Below are positions 1-12,273 of a stretch of DNA of 64,000 nucleotides, in pieces. The stretch is from positions 360,406,001 through 360,470,000 of the forward strand of contig OZ024740.1 of the NCBI GenBank assembly GCA_964016885.1. Reading direction: 5' to 3'. This DNA is from Eledone cirrhosa. Lineage: Eukaryota. How positions within the stretch are numbered: the stretch's first letter is position 1; every line of letters begins with the position of its first letter. A program made the translations under genes and the position numbers. Below the pieces are notes generated by a model. It saw nothing but the letters and a program-made list of their open reading frames with translations. It was not told the origin of the DNA and ran no database searches.

Positions 1-568
1 TTCAATGCCTGTTTTTGACTGTAAAATAGGTGTTGGGTGAAGCTAACCACCTTTTCCTTCTCCCAGGGCTTATATGCTCACCTTTTTGTAGTCAAAAACG
101 TTTGTTGAAGCCATATTTAAGTTAACTTAATATTCAAAATTCATAACTCTTTCTATGGTTTTAAAAATAAATTGTTTATTTACATTTATGTCCGATTGAT
201 AAAGCTTACAAAATGGAAAGGAGTGGTCAACTGCACTTTGGTGTAATGGTAGCCCAGTCGCATGGTATTTAACAGGTGTGAGTTTGAGTCCCACGGGTGA
301 CGTTGTCCACTTTTGTCCATCTCCAGTAGCTTATATGCTCAACTATTTTTCAGTCCGAAATGTGTATTGAAGCTGTTAATTTAATATTCAAAATTTGTAA
401 CTCGCTGAATGGTTCTAAAAATAAATTTAGTTAATATATATATTTTTAACTGGCACAACTGGTAGATCAACATGTTAAATGTTGTGCTGCTTACTTACAT
501 CCCTTTATGTTCTGAGTTCAAATATTTTGGTAAACTTCTGAGGAAACACTGCAGTCTAACACCTACAT

Positions 569-885
569 CAGTGATTCCCAATGTGGGGTGCACACACCAC
601 GGGGGAGCAATTTGAATATTTAAGGGGGCCATTTGAAAATAATGTTAATGAGAACAAACTTCAGGTTTTACCTTATTACTTTTACACCGAGGCAACTTTG
701 GTACACATTACTGAAAGAAACTCCTGTCTCACTTCCTTCACATGTGTTATTGTGTATCTGGTGCCACCTATACACCAATTTGTTTACACTTTGCAGTTGA
801 TATATTGCTGTTTTCATATCAAAGAGGAAGGGGTGTAGGCATAACATGAGGTGGGACATGGTACACAAAAGGTTGGGAACCACTG
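569..885. mobile_element. hAT (Charlie-like) MITE, 317 bp
   Basis: TIRs CAGTGATTCCCAA / TTGGGAACCACTG; perfect 8-bp TSD ACCTACAT at 561-568 and 886-893; no credible ORF. Confidence 0.85.
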
Positions 886-1059
886 ACCTACATATTACAT
901 GCTATGTCCAACCATCACCGACTGTGGCAACTTGACACGGAATTTTAATTACACATTTTGTTACCATATTTATAATTGAAGGCACTGCATATTTTCAAAT
1001 AATTTGGAAAATAATCAACAACTTGTAAGGATGTAGTAATATAACTAACATACTTATTA

Positions 1060-1284
1060 TTAATCCTTTTGATAATAACCCGGCCAAAACTAGCCCCAGT
1101 TCTATGAATCAAAGGATTCCCATTTAAATAAATAAATAAAAAAACTCCAACATGATTTTATGAAGGAACCATACATTAAAAGTTACTGTCTTAGTAATGA
1201 AATAATTAATAATTTTTGTAAATTTTTCATTGATTAATTGAAATAAAGTGTATTTCAATAGAAATATGGTCTCAAAAGTGTTAA
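1060..1284 (+). mobile_element. piggyBac-like TTAA MITE family 2 (decayed)
   Basis: TTAA at both ends; internal sequence similar to the copies at 4152-4380, 12380-12610, 22730-23100 and 59907-60150. Confidence 0.5.
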
Positions 1285-1599
1285 ATTAAAATCATCCAAC
1301 ATCCTTTCATATAAGAACCATATGTTAAATTATTATACTGATGATGCTTGGAGAGAATCACCTACTACTAAAACTGGATGGTTTTTATAAATGCATCATC
1401 CAAGCTGCAAAAGATGCTTCTATACCTCACACAGCTCTCAAGTGTACCTGTCTCCCAAACTGAAGCTGATCATTTTAGTTCCTTGCCAAAAAAGTTTCCA
1501 CCATTTTAACAGAATCATTCTTTCCTCCGCTTTTCAACCCTTATGGTTCTTTGAGTAATGGAATGGACCCCCATCAGTGTTCCAGTTATTTGATCAATG

Positions 1600-2150
1600 A
1601 AACAGCTTCCTCCTCCTTCACCCACTTATTTCTGGAAGGGTCCTATTAGAAGTAACCATCTCTACTTGATCAGGGTGGATCCCCAAGTGAGACCAAACAA
1701 GCTCATGAATGGTATCCAGCCATCTTGTTCATGGTCTGCCTCTGGGTCTCCTGCTGGTTGGCTTTGCCCATAAAATACGTTTTACAATTCTTTCCTTAAA
1801 CATTCTAACTACATGTGATCTCTTGATTCAGAAAAGTAGTAGCTCTACCTGGAATGACACCCTAATCACTGAGTTATGCACCCTATCGAGTAACCCTACT
1901 GCAAAGGCACTTTGCAGGAACCCCATTTCAGTCGCTTGTATTTGATTGAATGCTAAAGCTGGTGCATAACTGCACCAGCTCTTGCAATTCTTGCATTTAA
2001 TTCATCCTACTGCATTCCATTACTTGTGAAAACAGCCCTGAGATACTTGAGCTTCTCCACCTGCTTCAGTATAACTCCATTCTCATACAGAGTGCAGGCT
2101 TCCTTGAAAGGACAAGTGTCTCAGTCTTTACAGCACTGATTTTCATTACT
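1600..2150 (-). pseudogene. Old RTE (Rex3/Expander-like) RT C-terminal fragment
   Basis: Minus strand reads RRPRGRP..RWLDTIHELVWSHLGIHPDQV, an RTE C-terminal signature; many stops. Confidence 0.55.
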
Positions 2151-2489
2151 GGAACAGCCTGCTCACGAAACTAATGTGTAAGTGACTGAGCATTCCACTG
2201 GCACATGTACCCTTAATGTAATTCTCAGGGAGATTCTGTGTGACAGTGTGTGACAAAATTGGCCCTTTGATGAGCTTCCAAACATTTTCTTTCTACCCAA
2301 TTTCACTCATAAGACATAGGTCAACCCATCGCTATGGTAAACACTTTCCCAAGATGCCATGTAGTGGCAAGCATCTCTACTTTGTTCTATTGACTGCATC
2401 TCTCTCACCAACCCCTTGGCTTTCATTTCCTTCTTCATCATCTTTACACATGTCTTTCTTGGTCTCTCCCTTCCTCTATCTCCCTCTAT

Positions 2490-2787
2490 ATTCATTTCTA
2501 TCACTCATGACCTAGCCATCTCATTCTATTTTTGTTCACATTTGTCACTGGCTCTATTTCTCTCACCCAGTCACTTTCATTCTTTCTCAACACATGGCCC
2601 AACTATCTCATTCTATTTCTCTTCACATTAGTCACTGGCTCTATTCCCATCACTCAGTAAACTTTCATCCTTGCTCAACACATAACCCAACCATCTCATA
2701 TTTCTCTTTACAAGATACATCACTGGTTCTATTCCTTCACTTTTCATCTGCCAGTGACTTTCATCCTTTCTCAACACGTGACCTAGC
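2490..2787. repeat. Pyrimidine-rich tandem repeat, ~88-bp unit, ~3.3 copies
   Basis: Recurring ..tctcaacaca..ccatctcattctatt..gtcactggctctatt..actttcat. Confidence 0.7.
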
Positions 2788-3721
2788 GAGAATGCAGCGA
2801 GCTGGAATGAATACTAAATACCACAAGGCCTTTAATTTAGTCACTGCATTCTAACAAACTCTGCCAATTTAGTGTCTGTTTTCTATAATATATCAAATAG
2901 AACTTAACAATATTTTATTATCATTTTTTTTGTGTGTGTGTGGGGTCTTGGAGGTAGGCATCTTTGTTCTTTATTTCTCTTTTACTGTTTTTAATCCCCC
3001 CTGTTTTCTTTATTTTTGTCACCTGTCATAACCATTTTAAATGTTTGTTGTTTTTTGGGGGGAATCCTTTTTTAAATTTTTTTATTTTACATTTTTGGAA
3101 GTTAGAAATGGGTTACTTTCTGTTTTCTGTAAGATAATGAGATACCAGCTGAAGTAATTGGATGATTAATTGACTGAATGGAGTGATGATGGTGATGGTA
3201 GTTATGGTTATAGTAGTGGAAATGGTTATGATAATAGTAGTGGTGATGGCAGTAGAGTTAATGGTGATGATTATGATATTAGTGTGAGTGATGGTTATGA
3301 TAATAATGTTGGTGATGGTTATGATAGTAATGTTTGTGATGGTTATGGTAATAGTAGTGATGGTTATAAGGAGGTGAAACCACCTTAATTAAATGTGTCA
3401 ACACAATCTCCACAAGCGTGAGGCACCCAAAACAGCAGAACTAACATGCAATTGACTCAATAAATATGCAATTTTGGACATTTTCAATCTTGTGTATGGT
3501 TCTAGAATTTTGAATTTATTTTATTTCAACTTATATTATGAGGTATTTGTGTGTGTTTAGAACATTCCAGTAAGGAATGTTCTAATATCAGTGTGACATG
3601 CTGCACATATTCACGTTTGAGCTGTCCATTGATGAAAATGAAAGAATTTGTGTTGTTGGCACCAAAATTTCTTTGCATTAACCCCTAGCAGCTTCGCACA
3701 ATTTCTTTCTTTCTTTTTCTG

Positions 3722-3748
3722 TCTCTCTCTCTCATACACACACACACA

Positions 3749-3795
<47 letters not shown>

Positions 3796-3850
3796 CCTCT
3801 CTCTCTCTCCCTCTCTCTCTCACTCTCTCTCTCTCCCCCCCTCTCTCTCT
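3722..3850. repeat. (CT)n/(CA)n microsatellite
   Basis: Direct reading. Confidence 0.95.
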
Positions 3851-4151
3851 TTATCACTTTTTGTCTCTCTAATAAATTCAAATTCAAACCATGATGTGTC
3901 CCATCTAAACATTCTGTAATGATTTAGCATAAAAATGCTGTAAAATAAGTTTGTTGATTCAAATGTTTATAGTAGCTTCACCAGTGGGCAGATATTTGGG
4001 AAAATATGCCATATTAAAGTAAAGTTTTCAATATTTAATGTGATACAATCATAGTGTTTTATATTTCAAGTATGTCTTACTCATGTGGTTTCAGCAGCAG
4101 CATCTTTATCATAATCATATATACATCTATGTAAAGTAATCTTAGAAGGGG

Positions 4152-4380
4152 TTAACCCTTTCATTACCATATTTCTAATGAAAGACAGTTCCTATGATTT
4201 TCCAAAAATTTAGAAAATAATCAAGAATTTTGAGTGATTTAGTTAAGTTGGTGTTTGGAACATCACTCAACAAAGTTTCTTACATAAAATTATAATGGGA
4301 GGTTTTTAGATAAATATACATGCTTTAACATAAATGGTTTTGTGTCATAGAACCAGGGCTGATTTCAGGTAGTTTGGTAT
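4152..4380 (-). mobile_element. piggyBac-like TTAA MITE family 2, truncated by an RTE 3' end
   Basis: TTAACCCTTTCATTACCATATTTCT terminus; reverse-complement similarity to 59907-60150. Confidence 0.55.
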
Positions 4381-4790
4381 CATCATCATCATTTAGCATC
4401 CGTTTTTCCACGTTAGCATAGGTTAGATTAGTTGTGAGACATGTCAGATCAGGTGACCATGTCTTGCTCGTATAGAACTGATTCTAGCTTGGTTTCTACG
4501 GCTGGATGCCTTTCCTAATGCTGACCACATTTACAGGGTGCTTTTTGTTGTGACACCTACACAACCACTTTATATTGTGGGCTGGGCGCTTTTTGTCATG
4601 GACCCAAACCAACGACTTTACAATGTGGGCTGAAGACTTAGAAGAGGTGTGTGGGGCTTGGGGAGATAGATCTAGAGTGAGGGGTTGGGTGTTAGGACAT
4701 AACGAGGTGAAGGTGATGCATGTTTCAAGGGAAGATGAGTCTTTTGTATTACTGCATAATGCCAGAGATCTCAGTCCTATGTCAAAAAGA
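4381..4790 (-). mobile_element. RTE 3' end/3'UTR fragment
   Basis: (CAT)n tail, GCTGGATGCCTTTCCTAA motif, GTATTACTGCATAATGCCAGAGATCTC ORF end like 32720-32755. Confidence 0.75.
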
Positions 4791-5399
4791 TTAATTTACA
4801 AATTGGAGGAAAATTGGTTAAGGTGTTGGATTCACAATCATAAACATGGGTTTAATTCCTAGACTTAGCAGTGCATTGTGTTCTTGGGTAACATGCATTA
4901 TTTCACCTTGTAACACGTTTCAGATTATTAACTATGATGTATTGTTTATATACAATATAGTGTTGCTTGGTGAAGGTTAATAACTTAGAAATTTGTATGT
5001 TGGACTCAGGATGTGCCTGGAGTTGCAACTGGCAGATAGTATCAGCAATGGAAATGCTAATGGAAACATTGTTTCCATGGTTCAATCCTTCTGTTTACCA
5101 GGAGTTGCAATTGGCAGATAGTATCAGCAATGGAAAAACCAATGGAAGCATTGTTTCCTCGGTCCAAACTAATGCTCGGCTCCTTTCCTTGATTGAACAG
5201 TTGAATGCTCACCTTGGAAACCTACAGAGGATCTGTCATCATCATCATCCTCATATAATCTTATGAAGGCTTTCTATTCCCACTTTCTATCTTGGAGAGG
5301 GGTGACAGTTGTCTTAATGTTGACTGAATTTGATTACATGGAAGTTAGCTATTGTGTTTTATATTACTGGAAGGGGTTGTCAGATATTTATTTGTATTA

Positions 5400-6090
5400 T
5401 CACTGCTGTTTGGTGGTGGTGGTGGTGGTGGTATTGTTGATGGGGATTGTGAATGTGGTGCTGGTACTGGTAGTTGGGGAGGGGGGACATGGTGTTTGTT
5501 GTGGTGTTGATGATGGTGGTTATGTTGATGCTGGAGGTTGTGGTAGTGGTAGTGGTGGTCATAATGACAGTGCTGGTAGGGGGGTGGGGATAATAGTGGT
5601 GCTGGTAGTAGGGTGGTGGTGGTGGTGGTTGTAGTAGTTGAGGTATATCTTGTCTTTATCATGGTAGTGGTACATGTGATCATAATCCTTGTAATTGTGG
5701 GTGATGTTGGTGGTGGTGGCAGCAGTGATATTTTTCATAGTGGTGGTTGTGGTGGCAGCAGCAAGGTGTTTAATATAGTGATGATTGCAGTGGTGATGGT
5801 GATGGTGGCGGTGGTGGTAGCAGGGTTTTTATTGTAGTGATGATAGTAGTGGGGACTGTGGTGTAGTGATGGTGATAGTGGCAGTGGTGATGGTGGTGGT
5901 GGCAGTGGTGGTGGTGATGGCAGCAGTGGTTTTATTGTAGCGATGATAGTAGTGGGGACTGTGGTGTAGTGATGGTGGTAGTGGAGATTGTAGTGGTGGC
6001 TTTGTAATTGAAGCGAGATTTGCAGTTGCCTTGTGATTAAGACAATGATAGTGATGGTTGTGGTGGTGGTGGTTGCAGTAGTGGTAGTAA
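5400..6090. repeat. (GGT/GAT)n low-complexity tract
   Basis: Degenerate trinucleotide repeats; includes a ~70-bp local duplication at 5825-5990. Confidence 0.85.
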
Positions 6091-6864
6091 TGAGTGTGTT
6101 GTTGTATATGTCTGAAGGGAAAAGAAAGAAATTCTGCTCAATATAAATTCTACTCCTCTTCCTTCTTTGCTATGTCTCTTCCTGGTCACGTTTTTTGGTA
6201 GGGATTTACTCTCAGTATGTGGTGGTGGCAGTGACATTCTGCTCTTTTGCTTAAATGATTATCATCATCATTGTGTTCTTTTCCCTACTTCCTCTTCCTC
6301 CTCTTTTTCTTCTTCTTCCCCTTCATTTCTTCTTCTTTCCTCCTTCTTCTTGTTCTTCTTGTTCTCGTTCTTCTTCTTCTTGTTCTCGTTCTTCTTCTTA
6401 ATTCTTTATTTTCAAATAATAACTGTGTAAATGAAGTGTTTTGCTCTGAAAATAATACAAACCGGCAGTAAATTGGATTAGGAATATAATGTGCATGCAT
6501 GCGCGCATACACACACACAGATATGAACACACCCATTTTATATGTAGTCACGTTTTCTAGACACCTGACCAAAATTTGAGGTAACTGTGACCTTACCTGT
6601 GTTGAAACCTCTTAGTTTCTTTATTTTTTCTCTCTTACCTTTTCTATAGGATTTCCCTTTCACTTCCTATAATCACCTCACTCTAATTTAGGTGAGAGGT
6701 AAGGAAATTGTAAATAACATGAATTTGTTACTGTCTTGGTTGTTATTTTATAGATACTCCAAGTCAGACCTGATTAAGCAGGCTCATGATCAAAGACATT
6801 CCAATGTTAACCATCCTATACATTTATATATATATATGTGTGTGTGTATATATATATATATATA

Positions 6865-7177
6865 TCGTTTCTGAATTTGTTTAGCAAGATTCTTTATCTG
6901 AAAACGTGTGTTGAAACCGATATTGTTATACTTTGGGAGGGTCATGTTGCCAATAAGAAACACATGCACCAGTTGCTTTCACTCCAATTTATTATAAATT
7001 AAATTATAAATTTAAAAAAATTTATAAATTTCCGGTTGGTTGGTTCTACAACCGGACAGTTGTTCATATATTGTCAAAGTTCTTTCGTCACACATTCTGT
7101 GAGCTCTTCAGTGACTGGGGATTCTTTTCTTTGTTTTGTGCCTCTCCTTTGTTCTGTCCTACGCCATCTTGTTTTTG
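6865..7177 (-). mobile_element. Penelope-like element 3' terminal (pLTR) fragment, same family as 46878-50752
   Basis: Reverse complement aligns with 50435-50752; ends in (TA)n. Confidence 0.85.
7073..7115 (-). ncRNA. Minimal type I hammerhead ribozyme motif (PLE-associated)
   Basis: gtca-CTGAAGA-gctcacagaatgtgtgac-GAAA-gaac-TT-tgac: stem I, intact core, stem II TCACA/TGTGA. Confidence 0.7.
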
Positions 7178-7460
7178 TCAAAAACAAGATGGCGTAGGAC
7201 AGAACAGAACGTAGGTGAGTCACAAGGGAACGGGTGAAGGATTCAAGAACACCCAATTTGTCCATTCCCTTGTCGATTCAATTTGGTTTGCCTCGGGAAC
7301 GTAACTTTATTATGTAAGAAGCTGTCTGATAACGTCACGGTATTGAGTACACGGAATTGTGTGGCCACTGTCGTCATTGAAATATGTATCACAGGACTTT
7401 AACATTTGAAACTACTTCGCATTTTCTTATTATATATATATACATATATGCTCCGTTAGA

Positions 7461-8160
7461 TGTAATATACACGAACGGCAAAACATAAATGAACTAAGTG
7501 AGAAATTAGGAATAAGAGGGATCAGATGCTGTTTACTTGAGAGAAGATTACGTTGGTATGGTCACGTGATGCACATGAAAGACGACAGCTGTATAAAAAA
7601 GTGCAGTGCGATCAAAATTGATGGAAGTTACGGAGTAGGTAGACCCAGAAAAACCTGGGACGACATGATAAATTCTGACCTTGCACACTTGCACCTCTCT
7701 AAGACAATGTCACTGGATTGCCACGCAGTAATACAGAAGACCTGCCTTCCCTACGTGCAAAGTTAACCTACAGTCTGTAGTCCCCTCTAAACCAAACATA
7801 CACCCCAACCCACTACGCCTACTCCATCCTTCCACTCCTGCCAACACTACCCCTTTCTCTATAAAGTTATGTTGGTACCACAACATCCAGTCGAAACTAA
7901 TGAGGTTGTGTAGGTGTCACGACAAAAAACACACAGTCCACGCTGTAATGTGGCTGTGTAGGTAACACGGTAAAAACCTCCCAGTCCACACTGTAAGTGT
8001 GGTTGGTGTTAGGAAGGGCATCCAGCTGTAGAAAACCCGCCAGATAGTCCTATACAAGCGAGACATGGTTACCCAACCAATCTTGCCTCAAGTGGGACAA
8101 TTCCCATCTAACCCATGCTAGTGTGGAAGATAGACGTTAAACGATGATGATGATGATGAT
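7461..8160 (+). mobile_element. 5'-truncated RTE (subfamily B-like, older)
   Basis: [31 protein letters not shown], 3'UTR with AGGAAGGGCATCCAGC, (GAT)n tail. Confidence 0.9.
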
Positions 8161-8201
8161 ATATATATATATATGAATGATATATACAATTATATAATAC
8201 T

Positions 8202-8590
8202 GATATTGCGGTACCATAATAAAATGGACCCAGTCCATGCTGTAAAGTGGTAGTGCTGGGGCCATGATACGAAATATACCCAGTTTACACTGTAAAGTGG
8301 TAGTGTTGGTGCCATGATACGAAATATACCCAGTTTACACTGTAAAGTGGAAGTGTTAGTGCCATGATAAAATGTACACAGTTCATGCTATAAAGTGGTA
8401 GTGCTGGTACCGTGATACAAAATATACCCATTTTACACTGTAAAGCAGAAGTGTTGGTGCCATGATAAAATGCACTCAGTATACACTGTAAAGTGGTAGT
8501 GCTGGTGCCATGTTATAAACTGCATCCAGTACACATTCTAAGGTGTTAGTGCTAGTGCCACAAAATAAATGCACCCAGTATACTCTGGGT
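8202..8590 (+). repeat. Tandem array, ~50-bp unit x8, derived from the RTE/SINE 3'UTR module
   Basis: Unit GTGTTGGTGCCATGATACGAAATATACCCAGTTTACACTGTAAAGTGGTA; followed by a decayed RTE-type tail to ~8672. Confidence 0.85.
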
Positions 8591-10091
8591 TAACAGGACA
8601 TGGTCGTCCAGCCAGTCAAGTCTCTGAATATGACAATCCATCCAACCGATGCTAGTAATGTTGAAGATGATGAGATCAGGGGCTGCATTGTCCAATACAT
8701 CCTTCTTTATTTGAGGGAAATTTAGCTGCTATTTCTAGTAGGTGGATACCTAAATGTATTCAAGAGTGAATAATAATATTATAATAATATTGTAATATTA
8801 ATATTTGGTTTGTTTGCATGCTTTTTCATTTATGATCCATCCCGTACAAGCAACATTTTTTTAATGGCATGACAATTATTTAACTTACCTACAATGAGGG
8901 TTTTGAAATCCCTTATATGTTCTTTAACTCTTAACATCCTGTAATGATTTAGCAGAAAATATCTAAAAATAGGTTTGTTAATTAAAATGTTTATAGTATC
9001 TTTACTAGCAAATAGCTCATTGTAAAAGATTCAGTATTAAAGTAAAAACTTTAATTTTTAATGTGATAAGGTCATGATACTCTTTTGTATAAGTGGAGGG
9101 ATGCTGAACAGACTTGTCTTGTTGATTTGTCCAAGCATGGAAAAACAGATGTAAAACGGCAATGATGATGATATATACAGACACACACATTCATGTATAT
9201 ATACATGTATGCGTGTATGTCATCATCATCAGTTAACATCCACTTTCCTTGATATCAAGGGTTAGATGGGTTGTGTGTGTAATGTAGTCCCTAAAGTGCT
9301 AATGGCATGTATCATTAGAATAAGATATGGATTGATGTTTGAAAAAGCATTCAGTCATAGAAATTTCTTTAGAAATGAATATCATCCAACCCAGTCAAGC
9401 ATGGAAAAATGGATGTAAAAAAACCATAAAGAGGGCAATGACCAGGAATGATTATGAAAGTGGGTTAAGTAAGAATTAATTGGGGTCGGACACTAGCAAA
9501 TATAGTTGATAAGAAATACAACAAACTCGTGTCCATTCACCATGTGATTGTGAACTATCATTTTCACAAATTTTATCTTCAATAAAAATTTATTTATTGA
9601 ATAATTGTTAAACAATTAAAAATAAGATTAAAATACACCAGGATCTGAACTTTGATTGTTTCATATTCATCGGTATGGTGATACAAATTTGAGTACATTT
9701 GACTCTTGGCATTGATTGTTTGTAAACACACAAGATACTGTCTACTTTTATGAAAACAGAAGCCTCTAGAGTCATACGAGGTTGTCCTAAAGTAAGGTTA
9801 CATGTTGGCATAGTTGGTCAATGAAAGGGATATCAAAGATGTGAGTGGGATAGTGAAGGATGGGCCATGGTGGTAGTCTTGAAGTGAGGGAGTGACATTT
9901 GGAGCATCTGTCTCTCTGTTGGCACAGGTTGGATGAAGAAGGAAGAGTCAGGGATATGCTAGTGTGGAAGATGCACGTTAAACGATGATGATGATATGTA
10001 TATAAAAATAATAACAAAAATAACAAAACAAATGACACAGTACATGGAAGAAATATGTTAGTTCAAACGCTTGAAACAGCAAAAAGAGAGT

Positions 10092-10125
10092 CTTAACGTT
10101 TCGGACACTAGTCCTTCATCAGAAG
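10092..10125 (-). ncRNA. Minimal hammerhead ribozyme motif (orphan, PLE-type)
   Basis: ctt-CTGATGA-a-GGAC-tagt-GTCC-GAAA-cgtt-aag; palindromic AACGTT at stem III. Confidence 0.6.
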
Positions 10126-10599
10126 TTAGTTATAAATAGAAAGTAAAGAGTGATGAGAGGGAGGAACAGGGAAAATGAGAAAAAATTGGGGGGAAAAAAA
10201 CATACATCTGCGTATTCAGTTGACCATACACACATAGACACATAACATACTTCCTTAGTTTCCATCTATCATATTCATACACAAGGTGCTATGCAATGGG
10301 ACTGAACCTGAAACCAGGTTGAGCAAAAGCAAATGCCTTAAACTCAGTGTTTATAATATATTAAACAAATTACATCTATTTCAAATATGCTACATTATAT
10401 GAACAATAAATTCATCATCAACATCATCATTTAATGTCTGCTTTTCCTGCTAGCAAGGGTTGGACATGTATATATGACGTGACTAAGCTGAAACTTCAAA
10501 TTCATTGTCACTTTTCTACTTATAGATAAATAAGTGCCTACACCCTCCCCACAGATATTGGATGCTCATTTAGTTAATATTTGATTATTTTAAATACTA

Positions 10600-11007
10600 C
10601 ATTATTTTAAAGACACACACGCATCTAGTATGCACCACTTAACCTTTATCCTCCCTCCCTCTTTCATGCACCTCCCACACCCTAACACTCCACCCACATC
10701 CTAATCAGTCCACTCTTCTCCCACACCTTTACACCCTTCGCCCTAGTCCCAGTTCACACTGTAAAATAGTTGTTTTGGTGCCACAACAAAAAGCACCCAG
10801 CCCACACTGTAAAGTGATCATTACAGTGCCATGATAAAAGGCACCCAGTCCACACTGTAAATGTGGTTGGTGTTAGGAAGGACATCCGGCCGTAGAAACC
10901 AAGGCAGAAACAGTTCTGTTTGAGCACGACCTGATTTGCCTCAAATGGGACATTCCATGCTAGTGTGGAAAATAGACGTTAAACGATGATTATAGTGATG
11001 ATGATGA
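10600..11007 (+). mobile_element. RTE 3'UTR fragment
   Basis: CA-rich stretch, CCCAGTCCACACTGTAAA modules, AGGAAGGACATCCGGCCGTAGAAA, (GAT)n tail. Confidence 0.75.
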
Positions 11008-11027
11008 CAAACACACATATATATATA

Positions 11028-12273
11028 TGAGGTTTGTCCCAAAAGTAAGAGTACTGATGCTTTATTTAAATGTAATTACAAGTTACCTACTTCAAAATAT
11101 GATCCTTGGGAAGTCATACAGTGGTTCCCACGTCTTTTCTATTGATAGTAGCAGTACCAGAAGTCATTTTCTGTGAGTGTCTTTAGCTTGTCGGTTATAA
11201 TTTTTTGCATGTTTTCCACAGTCCCAAAATGATAACCTTTCAACTTTAATTTCAACTTAGGGAAGAATAGAAATCACATGGAGCTAGATCTGGGCTGCAA
11301 GGAGGATTCAGAAGAGTGGGAATATTTTTCTTCACCAGAAATTCTCTAATTCAAGGTGCCTTGTGAGCAGGCTGGTTATAGTGGTGCAGTACCTAATCTT
11401 ATGCAATGTCTTTTAAGACTCAGAGAGCCTGTTTTCAAAGTCATTCCAAAACATCTTTGAAACGGGTGCAATTAACTGTCTGTCCTGGAGGTAAAATGTT
11501 TTTGTGAACAGTACCATGGCTGTCAAAAAATAATGATTCACCCTGGATCTTCTCATGCACACTTTCTTTGGACAAGGAGAATTTTTCATGTACCACCTCT
11601 CAATTAGCCATTTTGTCTTTGGATTGTACTTGAACACCCATTATTCATCTCCTGTTATTATTTTATCCAAAAAAGGTGGCTCAATTTCCAACTGGTTCAC
11701 TTTTTGCTCCACAGACAAGTGTTTGGGCACTAGTTTTGCACAAATATTTTGCATGTGCAAATGGTCTGTTAAAATTCTGTGAACTGCATTTTTTTCCAAG
11801 CCCATTTCTTCTGTAACCATCCCAACATTTAATAGGCGATCTTTCACCATCACTGCTCGCATCTCTTCTACATATTGTTCATTTGTTGATGAGATTGGCC
11901 ATCCAAGAACAAGGTTTATCTTCAACATTTTCTCACTCCTCTTTGAAAGCTTTGTACCACTTAAAGACCTTACTTCTTGATGGAGTGGTATCTCCCTAAG
12001 CTTGTGTTAAAAAATTAAATGTTTCAGTGTTAAATTTGTGAGTTTCACACAACATTTGATCATGTACCGTTGTTCGATATTGTCTTGCATCAGAAACGTA
12101 ACAGAGATTATAAACAGCAATAACTCATGACTGACTTAATTCATCATGTTGAAACAAATATGTACGTGCAGAAATGACTTCTGCAGCCAACATGCTTATA
12201 TAAATCAACAAGGTGCTGCATTACCATGCTGTACATAGGGAAATCAGTGCCCTTAGTTTTGGGACAAACCTCA
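11028..12273 (-). mobile_element. Decayed mariner (Tc1/mariner) DNA transposon, ~1.25 kb
   Basis: ~31-bp TIRs TGAGGTTTGTCCCAAAAGTAAG.. / ..CTTAGTTTTGGGACAAACCTCA with TA flanks; transposase remnants ICAKLVPKHL and FLDKIITGDE (first catalytic D), YNPKTK; frameshifted. Confidence 0.9.

Noticed and set aside
5019-5168. Two-copy ~82-bp tandem duplication inside ORF 4967-5266
   Set aside because: Period is not a multiple of three and there is no other evidence of function; ordinary local duplication
5263-5837. Val/Gly- or His/Thr-rich ORFs (also 14161-14585, 26611-27010, 35019-35530)
   Set aside because: Trinucleotide low-complexity DNA; no domain or splice support
8202-8590. CRISPR-like regular repeat
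   Set aside because: Units are contiguous with no unique spacers, there are no cas genes, and the unit derives from the RTE 3'UTR
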